Positions 19,123-29,605 are shown, numbered from the stretch's first letter. The stretch is DNA of 64,000 nucleotides from an uncultured delta proteobacterium (GCA_963776345.1 CAVZMH010000002.1:1-64000), one strand, 5' to 3'. The notes: generated by a model from the sequence alone, not told the origin. Program-made: numbers and translations.

Positions 19123-22100
19123 TTGTTCCAGGGCCTGGTCGACTTCTCGCTCCGGAACAAGCCCGCGGTCCTGGCGCTCACCGCGGTGGTCGCGGTCTGG
19201 GGCTGGCTCTCGTTCCGCGATCTGACCGTCGAGGCGTTCCCCGACCCGACCGAGACGCAGGTCCAGGTCATCACCCTCTATCCGGGGCAGCCGTCCGAGG
19301 AGGTGGAGCGGCAGCTGGGCCTCCCGCTCGAGCGGGCGCTGAACGGCATCCCGCAGCTGTCTCACCTGAGAAACCTCTCCCTGTTCGGGCTCTCCTTCGT
19401 CACCCTCACCTTCAACGACGGCGTCGACGGGCTGTGGGCGCGCTCTCAGGTCCTGGAGCGGCTCCGCGAGGCCGACCTCCCCGACGGCATCGTCCCGCAG
19501 CTCGGTCCCTACGCCACGCCGATCGGCGAGGTGTACCGCTACACGCTGGCGGGCGCGGGCGGTGACCCGATGAAGCTCCGCACGCTTCAAGACTGGGTGG
19601 TGCGCCCCGCGTTCCTCCGGGTGAACGGCGTGGCGGACGTGGTGAGCATCGGCGGGCTCCAGCGGGAGATCCACGTGCAGCCCGACCCCTCGCGCCTGGC
19701 GGCCCACGGACTGACGCTGGCCTCGCTCGAGCAAGGCATCAAGGGCGGCAGCGTGAACGCCTCGGGCGGCGTGCTCGAGCGCGGCGCGGAGCAGCTGGTC
19801 ATCCGCAGCGAGGGCCTCTTCACCACGGTGGAGGACCTCAAGGCGGTCCGTCTGGCCACCGAGGAGGGGACGCCGGTCTTCCTCAAGGACGTGGCCACGG
19901 TGACCGAGGGTTGGTCTCCGCGCCAGGGGGTGGTCAGCCGCAACGAGTCGATGGACACCGTGCAGGGCGTGGTGCTGATGCGCCGGGGCGAGAACCCCTC
20001 GCAGGTGCTGGCGCGGATCCGCACCGCGGTGAAGGGCATCGACCGCCGGCTCGCGGTGGACGGCGTGAAGCTGGACCCGTTCTACGACCGGACCGACCTG
20101 GTCGGGACCACGCTCCGTACCGTCGGACGCAACCTGCTCGAGGGCGCGGTGCTGGTGACCCTGGTCCTCTTCGTCTTCCTGCTGGACCTGCGCGCGGCGC
20201 TGGTGGTCGGCACGCTCATCCCGCTCTCGCTGCTCACCTCGTTCATCTACCTGCACCTGCGCGGGATGAGCGCCAACCTCCTCTCGATGGGGGCGGTGGA
20301 CTTCGGGGTCATCGTCGACGGCGGGGTGGTCATCGTCGAGGCCATCCTCGCCCGCATGGCGGTGTCGCGGAGCACGGCGGAGACGGTGGAGCAGAAGATC
20401 CGCGAGGCGACCACCGCGGTGGTCCGGCCCACGGTGTTCGCGCTGCTGATCATCATCGCCGCCTACCTCCCCATCTTCCTCCTGCAGCGGGTGGAGGGGC
20501 GCATCTTCTCCCCGATGGCCAACACGGTGGTCTCGGCGCTGGCCGGGGCGCTGTTCTTCTCGGTCACCCTGGTCCCGGTGCTCGCCGCGCTGGTGTGGCG
20601 GAAGCCGGTGACCCACGGCGAGTCGCCGCTCCTCTCCTGGGTCGCCGCGCGCTACGAGCCCTCGCTTCGCTACTGCCTGAAGCATCCGGCGCTGCTGCTC
20701 GGCTCGGTGGCGCTCCTGCTCACCGGCGCGGCGCTGGTCATGCCCCGGCTGGGGAGCGAGTTCCTCCCCGAGCTCAACGAGGGCGCGCTGTACATGACCT
20801 TCACCCTCCCGGCGAACAGCTCGCTCACCGAGGGACGGAAGCTGGTGCCGCGCATCACTCAGCTGCTCCAGGGCGCGCCCCAGGTCGAGTCGGTGCTCTC
20901 GCAGCTCGGCCGCCCCGAGGACGGCACCGACGCGAAGCTGGCCAATAATCTGGAGTTCTTCGTCAAGCTGACCCCGCCGGACCGCTGGCCGCGCGAGACC
21001 CCCACGCTGGGGAGCGTGCTGGACGTGCTGCAGCAGCGCATCGCGGAGATCCCGGGCATCGAGGTGAACTTCAGCCAGCCCATCCGTGACAACGTCAACG
21101 AGAGCATCAGCGGCCAGCAGGGGCAGATCGCGGTGAAGCTCTACGGCGACGACCTGGCGGCGCTGCAGGCGCAGGCCGAGAAGGTGAAGGCGGCCATCTC
21201 CCGCGTGCCCGGGGCCGCGGACCTGGCGCTGGTGAAGAGCGCCTCGGTGCTTCAAGTGAGGGTCAAGCCGAACCGGGTGGCGCTGGCGCGCTACGGCATG
21301 GACCTCGGCGACTTCCAGCACGTCTTCCAGACCGCGCTCGGCGGCCGCCCGGTGGCGGACTTCTGGGAGGGAGAGCGCAAGTTCGACGTGGTGCTCCGCC
21401 TCCCCCCGGCCGATCGCGACGACGTGGAGAAGATCCGCTCGCTCCGGGTGCCGGTGGACGGAGGCCTGACCATCCCGCTCTCGGCGCTGGCCGACGTGGA
21501 GACCGGCGTGGGGCGGGCGAGCATCAACCGGGAGAACGGCCGGCGGTACATCGGCATCCGGATGAACGTGCGCGGCCGGGACATGGGCGGCTTCGTCAAC
21601 GAGGCGCGGGAACGGGTGGAGGCCGAGGCGCCGCTGGGCAAGGGCATGTCCATCGAGTGGGGCGGGGAGTTCGAGAACAAGGAGCGGGCGATGGCCCGGC
21701 TGGCGACGGTGGTGCCGGTGGCGCTGCTGATCACCCTGGTGCTCCTGTTCAAGGCCTTCGACTCGCTGTCCCTGGCCTTCCTCACCCTGCTCAACGTGCC
21801 CTTCGCGCTCCTGGGCGGGGTGTTCGGCCTTTGGGCGTTCGGGTTCCCGCTCAGCGTCTCGGCGGCGGTGGGATTCATCGCCCTCATCGGGCAGGCGTCG
21901 CTCAACGGGGTGCTGGTGCTCTCGGCGATCGCCGGGAGGCGGGAGGCCGGCGAGCCGCTGGACCAGGCGATCATGGCCGGCGCCCGGGAACGCCTGCGGC
22001 CGGTGCTGATGACCGCCAGCCTGGCGGCGCTGGGCCTGGTGCCGGCGGCGCTCTCGCGGGGGATCGGCAGCGAGACCCAGCGACCGCTGGCGGTGGTCAT

Positions 22101-22314
22101 CGTGGCCGGGACGCTGTCCGCCTGCGCCCTGACGCTCCTGCTGCTCCCGGTGATGTACCGGATCTGGGAACGGTTGCTGGAGCGTTCGCGACCCTCCCCC
22201 GGTCACGCACTGCCCCTGAGCCCGCGGTCGGACCTGTTTGACACTCCGAGTGCGGTTGTCAGATCCACTGGCGGAAGTTTGATTGACGCTGATCGCCGCG
22301 AGCGCTCAGCCTGA
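19123..22314 (+). CDS. czcA: CusA/CzcA-family heavy-metal RND transporter
   Basis: EAFPDPT, ANLLSMGAVDFGVIVDGGVVIVE, EFLPELNEG, RLRPVLMTA; 1063 aa. Confidence 0.9.
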   Translation: MFQGLVDFSLRNKPAVLALTAVVAVWGWLSFRDLTVEAFPDPTETQVQVITLYPGQPSEEVERQLGLPLERALNGIPQLSHLRNLSLFGLSFVTLTFNDGVDGLWARSQVLERLREADLPDGIVPQLGPYATPIGEVYRYTLAGAGGDPMKLRTLQDWVVRPAFLRVNGVADVVSIGGLQREIHVQPDPSRLAAHGLTLASLEQGIKGGSVNASGGVLERGAEQLVIRSEGLFTTVEDLKAVRLATEEGTPVFLKDVATVTEGWSPRQGVVSRNESMDTVQGVVLMRRGENPSQVLARIRTAVKGIDRRLAVDGVKLDPFYDRTDLVGTTLRTVGRNLLEGAVLVTLVLFVFLLDLRAALVVGTLIPLSLLTSFIYLHLRGMSANLLSMGAVDFGVIVDGGVVIVEAILARMAVSRSTAETVEQKIREATTAVVRPTVFALLIIIAAYLPIFLLQRVEGRIFSPMANTVVSALAGALFFSVTLVPVLAALVWRKPVTHGESPLLSWVAARYEPSLRYCLKHPALLLGSVALLLTGAALVMPRLGSEFLPELNEGALYMTFTLPANSSLTEGRKLVPRITQLLQGAPQVESVLSQLGRPEDGTDAKLANNLEFFVKLTPPDRWPRETPTLGSVLDVLQQRIAEIPGIEVNFSQPIRDNVNESISGQQGQIAVKLYGDDLAALQAQAEKVKAAISRVPGAADLALVKSASVLQVRVKPNRVALARYGMDLGDFQHVFQTALGGRPVADFWEGERKFDVVLRLPPADRDDVEKIRSLRVPVDGGLTIPLSALADVETGVGRASINRENGRRYIGIRMNVRGRDMGGFVNEARERVEAEAPLGKGMSIEWGGEFENKERAMARLATVVPVALLITLVLLFKAFDSLSLAFLTLLNVPFALLGGVFGLWAFGFPLSVSAAVGFIALIGQASLNGVLVLSAIAGRREAGEPLDQAIMAGARERLRPVLMTASLAALGLVPAALSRGIGSETQRPLAVVIVAGTLSACALTLLLLPVMYRIWERLLERSRPSPGHALPLSPRSDLFDTPSAVVRSTGGSLIDADRRERSA

Positions 22315-22323
22315 GCGCCGCAC

Positions 22324-22690
22324 ATGGTTGAGGTTCGAGCGCTTCCCGGACGCGAGCGGTTGACGATCGTCTTCCGGGGGACAAGTGGTCGCGGCGGAGC
22401 TGGTGGAGGCGGAGCGGCAGCTCCGGGGCGCCCTCGCGCGCCTGGCGCCCGCCTTCGACGTGATCTCCGACGTCTCCGGGGCCGAGCCTCTCTGTCCCGA
22501 GGCGGTCGACGCGGTGACCCGGATGGCGCAGCTGATGGTCCTGGCCGGCCTCCGGACACACGTCCGGGTGGTGGGCCGGAGCGGCCAGGCGGCGCTGCAG
22601 TTCCAGCGCATCAGCCGGTCGGTGGGCTACGACTCGCGGCTGGCCTTCTCGCTCGACGAGGCGGAGGGCCTGCTCGACCCGCCGTCCTGA
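22324..22690 (+). CDS. Small STAS/SpoIIAA-like hypothetical protein, frameshifted in the G-run near 22378
   Basis: MVEVRALPGRERLTIVFRG joins QVVAAELVEAE..FDVISDVSG..AFSLDEAEGLLD across cggggg. Confidence 0.5.
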
Positions 22691-22747
22691 GCGCGGGGGC
22701 AGCTTGGGGCTGTTGGGCCGTGCGGAAGCTGTGGGAAGGTGCCGCCG

Positions 22748-24376
22748 ATGACCGGGTCGGCGCCTACCAGGTTTTGGCGCGGCGTGCGCGAGCCCTGGGA
22801 GCTGCTGGGGCGCATGCGCGAGGACCGCCGCCTGTGGTCGCGCTACTGGCGCACGGTGCTGGTCCAGGCCGGGCTGACCCTCGTCGCCGGTCTGGCGGTC
22901 TTCTGGGTCGGAAAGCAGGGTGCGGAGGCCTGGAACGACGCCTTCGGGCCGGAGGAGCCAGCCGCGACGAGCACCGCGCCGGCGCCACGCCCTCCGGTCG
23001 TTTCGAAGCCTTCCGGACCCGCGCCCTCTCCGCCGGCCCGCCCGGCTCCCCCTCCTCCCGCGGTCCAGCCGCACGGGGCAGCGGCCACCCCGGCCACGGC
23101 AGGCGAGCAGCGCCCCGCCCCCGAGCAGGCCGCGGCCGACGACGAGGACGCCGAGGAGACCGAGGACGCCGCGGACACCGGGCTGGAGGCGCAGATCGAC
23201 GCCCTCAAGAACGCGACCCCGGAGGAGCGCGGCAAGCGGACCGCCGAGCTGGTCGCCGCGGCCGTGGCCCGGGCGCAGAAGGAGGCAGGCCGCGCGGGGC
23301 AGCGCAAGGGCAAGGCGAACGACGCGGCCTCGGAGCTTGCCGACGACCGCGAGGCGGTGAAGGACACCCTCGAGGAGCTTGCCCTGGCCGCCGAGGTCCT
23401 GGCGCGAGAGCCTCCCCGGAGCGCGGGCGCGTCACGCAAGGCCCGACGACACCTCGAGCGCAAGCTGGACCAGGTGGAGAAGGAGGCCGCGACGCTGGAA
23501 CGCAAGGGCGCGCCCCCGCTCTCCGAAGCGGAGCGGGCGCAGCTGGAGCGCGCGCGGGCGGCCCTCATGGTCGTCCACCGGCACGAGCGGGGACTGGCCG
23601 GACGCCTCGGCGCGGTGCTCGCGCTGCTGGCGGCGATCTACGCCTCGCTCAGCATCGCCCAGACCGGCGTGCTCGCGCTCTCCCGCGACTTCCACGACGC
23701 GCTGTCGCGTGAGCTGTCGCTGCTGGTCCAGCTGGCGCCGGAGGATCCGCCGATGCGGCCGAAGATCCGGCTCGACCTGCCGTGGGTTCGGCGGAAGGCG
23801 AACCGCCGCGCGCAGTTCTTCCTCGGGTTCCTGCCCGGCCAGGCGCTGATCTCGGTGCTGGGCTGGCTCGTGCCTCCGCACCGCACGCTGACCACCGTGC
23901 TCACCACGATCTGGGCGGCGTACTGGTGGATGGTGATGACCGCCGGACAGAGCGCGCGCGCCTGGAGCCCTCCCGAGCGCACGCCCCGGCCCTGGTACCT
24001 GAGGGGCTGGTTCGCGCTCACCGAGCGGTTCTTCCTCTTCCGCTGGGCGCTCCCGCGCATGTTGGGGCGCATCTGGGAGCGGATGGCGAGGCGGTTCTAC
24101 GGGCCGTCGGAGCGGGTGGAGGAACAGCCATTCGAGTTCGCCGGCCTCGCGCTCAGCCGCGCACTGACCCTGGTGCCGGTGGTGAAGCTGCTGCTCCGCC
24201 CGGTGTTCCCGGTCTCCGCGGCCCACCTGCTCGTGGAGCATGCAGCGACTGCTCGGTTGCCGGTCGCGGTCACCGCCGCCGAGGTGGCGGACGCCGCGGC
24301 CCACGCGCCGGACCCCGAGGCCCGCGCCCACTCGGGAGCTGTCGCGCCTGGGCAAGGTCCCGCGCCAGCGCGATGA
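22748..24376 (+). CDS. Hypothetical membrane protein with Pro-rich and coiled-coil region
   Basis: Several TM segments and a long helical insert; coding-like sequence. Confidence 0.6.
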   Translation: MTGSAPTRFWRGVREPWELLGRMREDRRLWSRYWRTVLVQAGLTLVAGLAVFWVGKQGAEAWNDAFGPEEPAATSTAPAPRPPVVSKPSGPAPSPPARPAPPPPAVQPHGAAATPATAGEQRPAPEQAAADDEDAEETEDAADTGLEAQIDALKNATPEERGKRTAELVAAAVARAQKEAGRAGQRKGKANDAASELADDREAVKDTLEELALAAEVLAREPPRSAGASRKARRHLERKLDQVEKEAATLERKGAPPLSEAERAQLERARAALMVVHRHERGLAGRLGAVLALLAAIYASLSIAQTGVLALSRDFHDALSRELSLLVQLAPEDPPMRPKIRLDLPWVRRKANRRAQFFLGFLPGQALISVLGWLVPPHRTLTTVLTTIWAAYWWMVMTAGQSARAWSPPERTPRPWYLRGWFALTERFFLFRWALPRMLGRIWERMARRFYGPSERVEEQPFEFAGLALSRALTLVPVVKLLLRPVFPVSAAHLLVEHAATARLPVAVTAAEVADAAAHAPDPEARAHSGAVAPGQGPAPAR

Positions 24377-25217
24377 GCGCGCGCGCCGTCTGCCCCGCCG
24401 GTCCACGGTCGCCACGGAATCCGCGGGCGCCGGCCGTGGCGCGAGCCAGCGCCGCCAGCACCTCGCCCGGACGGTCGCGTGCCGGGACGGTGTTCGCCAG
24501 GAGCGCGAGCACGCATTCGCCAGCCGAGAGCGGGGCGAGCTCCCACCGGGCGCCCTTCCGGTAGCGGGTGTGGACGATGAGGCCGACGGGGACCGGTGTC
24601 CGGCCGCGGACGCGGGGGACCGGATGCCGCTCCTTTCGCCCTCCCCGGACCCGGACGCTGGGACGGCGCGGGTACGGGTGGACACGGCCAGCGGTGTCGA
24701 GCACGGCGTACTCGTCCGAGTAGTAGGTGGCACCCGCCTCGACGAGCGCGCGGACGAGCGTGGTCTTCCCGGCGCCGGATCGGCCCGGCACGAGGATCGC
24801 GCGGCCTCCGACGGCGACCACCCCGGCGTGGACGAACACCTCGGGCCGTGCGAGCCGGGCGACCGAGAGCTGCAGCTCGCTCTCCAGGACGTCGAGGGCC
24901 TGTGCGTGGCTCAGCCCCCGCGCGACTGGCTGTCCGTCCAGGCGAACGGACAACCCGTACACCGGCCTGGACCTCGCGCCTGGCCCGCCCGTCCGTCCCG
25001 CGGCACCCACCGTCCCGCTCGAGGTGTCGTTCGAGGTGTCAGACACCTCGTGGACCAGGGAGAGGACGACGGCAGGCGCCTGGCGGGCCACGGTCCAGCC
25101 AGGAGGGAAGCGGGCGCGCACGGCGGGGAGCAGGCGGCGGTCATCGACCCGGGCCTCGAACGGGACTCCGAACGCGACGCCGCGCAGCACTCCGGCTCTC
25201 ACCGCACGTTGACGCAT
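24270..25217 (-). CDS. HPr kinase-related P-loop kinase
   Basis: FVHAGVV..GRAILVPGRSGAGKTT..GATYYSDE (HprK-like His, Walker A and SD(D/E) signature). The 3' end overlaps the convergent gene. Confidence 0.8.
   Translation of the reverse strand: MRQRAVRAGVLRGVAFGVPFEARVDDRRLLPAVRARFPPGWTVARQAPAVVLSLVHEVSDTSNDTSSGTVGAAGRTGGPGARSRPVYGLSVRLDGQPVARGLSHAQALDVLESELQLSVARLARPEVFVHAGVVAVGGRAILVPGRSGAGKTTLVRALVEAGATYYSDEYAVLDTAGRVHPYPRRPSVRVRGGRKERHPVPRVRGRTPVPVGLIVHTRYRKGARWELAPLSAGECVLALLANTVPARDRPGEVLAALARATAGARGFRGDRGPAGQTARALIALARDLAQARQLPSGRGPRGPARGPRRPPPRRR
25021..25050. repeat. GAGGTGTCAGACACCTC palindrome (25033-25049) plus an extra half-site, inside the kinase CDS
   Basis: Read directly from the sequence. 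Confidence 0.75.
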
Positions 25218-25382
25218 CTGGACGGGGCGGGACCATACAGCCACCGGGCAAGAACCACGGCCACCCCCACTGACACCGGCCGACACCTGCGTGCAGCGGG
25301 GCTGATCCGCTCACCGTGACAGGGCCAACCCCCGGACCCAAGATTCTGACGACTCGACTGGGCCCGAACGAAGGCGGGTGGC

Positions 25383-25787
25383 ATGCGCGGAACGGTGGTG
25401 GTGGCGGAGGACGACCCCGGTCTCCGGGAAGTGCTCCTGCACGTCCTCCATGAGGCCGGCTACCAGGTCCTGCTGGTTTCTCGCGAGGCAGACACCCTCG
25501 CGGCGCTGCGGCGACTTGCCTCGGGGTGCCTGCTGGTCCTCGAGGCCAAGCTCCCCGATGGAGCGAGCGAGGCCATTCTCCACGCGCTGTCCTCCGGGCC
25601 CGTTCCCATCGCCTGCCCCGTCGTCTTGCTGAGCGGGCCCGCGGTCGAGACCCGGTCTCCCCACGTGGTGGGCGTGCTGCGCAAGCCCTTCGAGCTCACC
25701 CGCATGCTCGCGGTGGTGAAGGCGTTCTGCCCCAGCCCGGCGCCGCCTTCCTCGCCTGCCCGGGGTTCCGCTCCCGCCGCGGCGTGA
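25383..25787 (+). CDS. Single-domain response regulator receiver (atypical: Glu at the phospho-Asp position)
   Basis: VVVAEDDPGLR..AGY..LLVLEAKLPDG..VVLLSG..LRKPF. Confidence 0.75.
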   Translation: MRGTVVVAEDDPGLREVLLHVLHEAGYQVLLVSREADTLAALRRLASGCLLVLEAKLPDGASEAILHALSSGPVPIACPVVLLSGPAVETRSPHVVGVLRKPFELTRMLAVVKAFCPSPAPPSSPARGSAPAAA

Positions 25788-25818
25788 CCTGGGCGAGCGC
25801 CCGGCGGCCGCTGGTCGG

Positions 25819-26997
25819 TCAGGGGCCGCCGAAGAGGCGGCCGAGCGTGCGAGCCATCCGCTCGACGCCCTCGGCGAAGCGGGCCGGCGCGGGCAGCAGT
25901 GACAGCACCAGCCACCGGCCACGGGGAAAGTCGTAGAAGTGCCCGGGTTGCACCTGGACGCCGGACTCGAGCAGCGCGAGGCAGACCTCGGTCTCGTCGG
26001 CGGTGTGCGGCAGCCGGACGACTGCCGACCACCCACCGGCGGAGGGCATCACGTCCCAGGCTGCTTCCGGTGGACGGGACTCCTGGAGGAGGCGCGCGTT
26101 CTGATCGAGCCGCGCCGCGACGCGGCTCCTCCAGGCCGGCGCTCCGGTGAGCACCGCCGGAAGGGCCTGCTGTGCCGGGGCCGATGAGGACAGATGCGCG
26201 TCGGCGACGAGCTCCAGGCGGGCGAGCGCCTCGTCGCGCTGGGGCGCGGCCCCGAGCACCGCCGTCCACGCCAGCTTCCATCCGGGGAGCCCCGCCGACT
26301 TGGAGAGTCCCTGGAGCGCGAAGGTGAGCGCCTCGCCGGGCCGCGCGGCCACCGACCGGGGCCGACGCCCGCGCCGCGGGAACTCGACGAAGACCTCATC
26401 GACGATGAGCGCCCAGTCTCGTCGTGCGCAGAGGTGGTCGAGCCGGGCCTGGTCCGCCTCGCCGAGGACCCAGCCGGTCGGGTTCGCCGGGCTGACCAGC
26501 ACCACCGCGCGCGTGCTCTCGTCAGCGACGGCCTCCATCGCCTCGAGGTCGAGCGCGCCCAGCGGATCCTCCGGCAGGGGAAAGGTGCGGAGCTCCACCG
26601 AGGACAGCTCGGCCAGGTACGGGAGGAGCGGGTAGCTCGGGGCCGGGACGAGCACCGAGTCACCCGGATCGCACAGCAGCGCGAACAGCCAGCCGTACGC
26701 CTCGCTGGTCGATGCCGAGAGGAAGAGCTGTCCGGGCTCGACGTGGGCTCCGAGCCGGGTCAGGTCTTGCGCCAGGGCCTGCCGGGCCGCGAGCCGTCCC
26801 AGGGGCTCGGGGGCGTAGGCGGCGAGCGGCTGCGAGGCGACGACGGCGCGGAGCCAGCCCTCGTCCGGACCGAGGCCGCAGTCGGCGGGGTTGGTCACGG
26901 TCAGGTCGAGCGGCGGCGTGCCGCGACGACCGAGCATCTCCAGACGCGCGGAGAGGAGATTCGGCGTCCGGTCCCAGGCTGTTCGGGCGGAGAACAC
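25819..26997 (-). CDS. PLP-dependent aminotransferase class I/II
   Basis: VSPANPTG, LIVDEVF, GLSKSAGLPGWKLAW. Confidence 0.9.
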   Translation of the reverse strand: MFSARTAWDRTPNLLSARLEMLGRRGTPPLDLTVTNPADCGLGPDEGWLRAVVASQPLAAYAPEPLGRLAARQALAQDLTRLGAHVEPGQLFLSASTSEAYGWLFALLCDPGDSVLVPAPSYPLLPYLAELSSVELRTFPLPEDPLGALDLEAMEAVADESTRAVVLVSPANPTGWVLGEADQARLDHLCARRDWALIVDEVFVEFPRRGRRPRSVAARPGEALTFALQGLSKSAGLPGWKLAWTAVLGAAPQRDEALARLELVADAHLSSSAPAQQALPAVLTGAPAWRSRVAARLDQNARLLQESRPPEAAWDVMPSAGGWSAVVRLPHTADETEVCLALLESGVQVQPGHFYDFPRGRWLVLSLLPAPARFAEGVERMARTLGRLFGGP

Positions 26998-27051
26998 GAG
27001 CGGCCGCGAACCCTACCCCAGGCAGCACGCCTGAAGGAGCGGCGCAGGGGC

Positions 27052-27330
27052 TCAGAGACCGGTCTGCAGCATCGCCTCCACCACCCGGCGGATCAGCTCG
27101 CGGCGGATCTCCTTCCGGCAGTGGTCCACCGCGTGCTGCGGAGGCCGGGGGAGGTGCGAGGGCCGGTTGCGGGCAGCGGTGCGGACGATCATCTCGACCT
27201 TGCTCTGCTCGATCTGGAAGAGGCGTCCGCCGTCCTGGCGGAGGAAGTAGTTGAGGCCACGGGTGTCGAGGAGCTTCTGGAAGTAACGCCGGGAATCGCT
27301 CACCAGCGTCAGGTCGATGACGTCTCCCAT
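27052..27330 (-). CDS. Hypothetical protein (92 aa)
   Basis: MGDVIDLTLVSDSRRYFQKLL..EIRRELIRRVVEAMLQTGL, with typical GC3-rich codons. Confidence 0.7.
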   Translation of the reverse strand: MGDVIDLTLVSDSRRYFQKLLDTRGLNYFLRQDGGRLFQIEQSKVEMIVRTAARNRPSHLPRPPQHAVDHCRKEIRRELIRRVVEAMLQTGL

Positions 27331-27461
27331 GTGTCGAAGCTCTTGTCGCTTGGAACACTTCACCCGTCCAATTCGGTGCCGAGCGGCCGAGCGGGACGCG
27401 CTACAGCTCCGTGCGGCAGGTGGTGAGAACTTGCGCGCGGGCTCCGGAGCGTGTTGTCCGG

Positions 27462-28259
27462 TCAGTCCTGCGCGAGGGAGCCGAGCAGCGGCCGGAGGAC
27501 CTTCCGGAACGCACGCCGACGACGTGCGGCGTTCTCGAGGTAGGGCACCGGGCCGAGCACCGGCACCCCGTGCCGCTCGGACAGCCACGCGGCGTTGTCC
27601 TCGATGGAGGGGTCGTGCGCCGGCGAGCCGCGGGAGAGCACGACCGCGCGCACGGGAATCCCACGCGCCTCGAGCAGACGGAGCGACAGCCCGGTGTGGT
27701 TCAGCGTCCCGAGCCCGGCGCGGGCCACGAGCACCACCGGGAGCCGGAGCGCCTCGATGAGGTCGATGACGTCTCGCCGTGGATCGAGCGGGACGAGGAG
27801 GCCGCCTGCTCCCTCGGCGACGAGCGCGCGATCTCCGAAGCTCCTGAACGCGGCCAGGACGGGGCGGAAGTCCGGCGCCCGGCCCAGGCGTGCGGCGGCG
27901 ATGCCAGGTGCCAGCGGCGCACGGAACCGGTGGACACAGACCCGGTCCAGCGCATCGGTGCTCCGCGCGGCGGCCCGGAGCTCGAGCGCGTCGGCCGGCC
28001 GCGACAGCCGGGCACATCCGCTCTCGTACGGCTTGAACGGCGCCGGGGACAGCCCGGCGTCCGCCAGGAGCGAGAGCAGCGCGGAGGCGACCTGCGTCTT
28101 CCCCACCCCGGTGTCGGTGGCGGTCACGAACACGCGAAAGGGAGCATCCGGCGCGGCGACTCCTCGGCCGCGCCCGGGACCCCGAGCGCCACGAGGCGGC
28201 GAGCGTCCTGCCGCCGCGCCCGTCACTCGCCGGTGGCCTGCACCTTCGCGGGGGCTCAC
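27462..28259 (-). CDS. bioD: Dethiobiotin synthase
   Basis: FVTATDTGVGKT, FKPYESG, AEGAGGLLVP, GLGTLNHT. Confidence 0.95.
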   Translation of the reverse strand: MSPREGAGHRRVTGAAAGRSPPRGARGPGRGRGVAAPDAPFRVFVTATDTGVGKTQVASALLSLLADAGLSPAPFKPYESGCARLSRPADALELRAAARSTDALDRVCVHRFRAPLAPGIAAARLGRAPDFRPVLAAFRSFGDRALVAEGAGGLLVPLDPRRDVIDLIEALRLPVVLVARAGLGTLNHTGLSLRLLEARGIPVRAVVLSRGSPAHDPSIEDNAAWLSERHGVPVLGPVPYLENAARRRRAFRKVLRPLLGSLAQD

Positions 28260-29605
28260 GCCCCGGTCACCTCGACGATCGCCTCTCGCACCGCATCGCC
28301 GAGCCGCACCGCCTCGGCCTCGGTGAGCGAGAGCGGGGGCATCATCACCACCACCGGTCCGAGCGGCCGGAGCAGGATTCCTCGCTTCCGGAGCGCGAGG
28401 CAGACCCGGTGGCCGATCCGCTCGGCGTACTCGTAGGGCTGCTTCGTCCGGCGGTCGCGCACCAGCTCGATGCCCACCATCAGCCCGCGCTGGCGGACGT
28501 CGCCCACGTGCTCCAGCTCGGCGATGGCGGCGAGCTTCGGCCGCAGGACCTCGGCCGTCCGCCGCACCCGCTCCAGGACCCGCTCGGTCTCGAACAGCCG
28601 CAAGGACGCCAGGGCCGCGGCGCAGGCCAGCGGGTTTCCGGTGAAGGTGTGGCCGTGGAAGAAGGTGCGCCCCGAGGCGAACTCGCCGAGGAACGCCTCG
28701 TACACCCGCTCGGTGGTGAGCGTCGCCGCCAGCGGGAGGTACCCGCCCGAGAGCCCCTTGGCGAGACAGAGGAAGTCCGGGCGGACGTCCTCCTGCTCCA
28801 CCGCGAACATCGTCCCGGTGCGGCCGAAGCCGGTCGCCACCTCGTCGCAGACCAGGAGCACGTCGTGCTTCCGGCACAGCTCGGCCATCGCCTTCAGATA
28901 TCCGGGCGGATGCATCCACATCCCCGCCGCGCCCTGGACCAGCGGCTCGAGCACCACCGCGGCCAGGGTCGACCCCTTCTCCGCCAGGAGTTGCTCGGCC
29001 GCGCGCAGCGCTCCGGCGAGCGGGTCGCCCCCGCCGGTCCAGTGGAACGGGCTCGGGCTCGGCAGACGCTCCACGTCGAACAGGAGCCCCCGGAAGACGC
29101 CGTGGAACAGCTCCATCCCGCCGACGGAGACCGAGCCCACCGTGTCGCCGTGGTACGCCTCGGCCAGCGCGGCGAAGCGCGTCTTCTCCGGCCGTCCGCG
29201 CTGCTGCCAGTACTGGTACGCCATCTTCAGCGCGACCTCGACCGCGGTGCTCCCCGAGTCCGAGTAGAAGACGCGGGTCAGCCCCTCCGGGGCGAGGCGG
29301 ACCAGCGCCTCGGCCAGCTCGATCGACGGGACGGAGGCCAGCCCCAGCAGCGTCGAGTGCGCCACCCGGTCCAGCTGCGCCCGGACCGCCTCGTCGATCT
29401 CGCGCTTTCGGTGCCCGTGCACGTTGCACCAGAGCGAGCTGACCCCGTCGAGGTAGCGGCGTCCGAGGTCGTCGACGAGCTCGTTGCCCTCGGCGCGCTC
29501 GATGATCAGCGGGTCGTCCGAGGGCCAGACCGCCATCTGGGTGAACGGATGCCAGACGTGGGCCCGGTCCAGGGCCAGCAGCCGCTCATGCCGCGACGAG
29601 TCCAT
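28256..29605 (-). CDS. bioA: Adenosylmethionine-8-amino-7-oxononanoate transaminase
   Basis: [40 protein letters not shown]. Confidence 0.97.
   Translation of the reverse strand: MDSSRHERLLALDRAHVWHPFTQMAVWPSDDPLIIERAEGNELVDDLGRRYLDGVSSLWCNVHGHRKREIDEAVRAQLDRVAHSTLLGLASVPSIELAEALVRLAPEGLTRVFYSDSGSTAVEVALKMAYQYWQQRGRPEKTRFAALAEAYHGDTVGSVSVGGMELFHGVFRGLLFDVERLPSPSPFHWTGGGDPLAGALRAAEQLLAEKGSTLAAVVLEPLVQGAAGMWMHPPGYLKAMAELCRKHDVLLVCDEVATGFGRTGTMFAVEQEDVRPDFLCLAKGLSGGYLPLAATLTTERVYEAFLGEFASGRTFFHGHTFTGNPLACAAALASLRLFETERVLERVRRTAEVLRPKLAAIAELEHVGDVRQRGLMVGIELVRDRRTKQPYEYAERIGHRVCLALRKRGILLRPLGPVVVMMPPLSLTEAEAVRLGDAVREAIVEVTGA

Noticed and set aside
16654..22314. Czc pump as the exporter of the Cys-rich peptides
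   Set aside because: It is a divergently transcribed, ordinary heavy-metal RND system. Adjacency is the only link.
22370..22390. Programmed frameshift or phase variation in a G-run
   Set aside because: The homopolymer is short and other indels in the window suggest sequencing error; it cannot be supported without reads.
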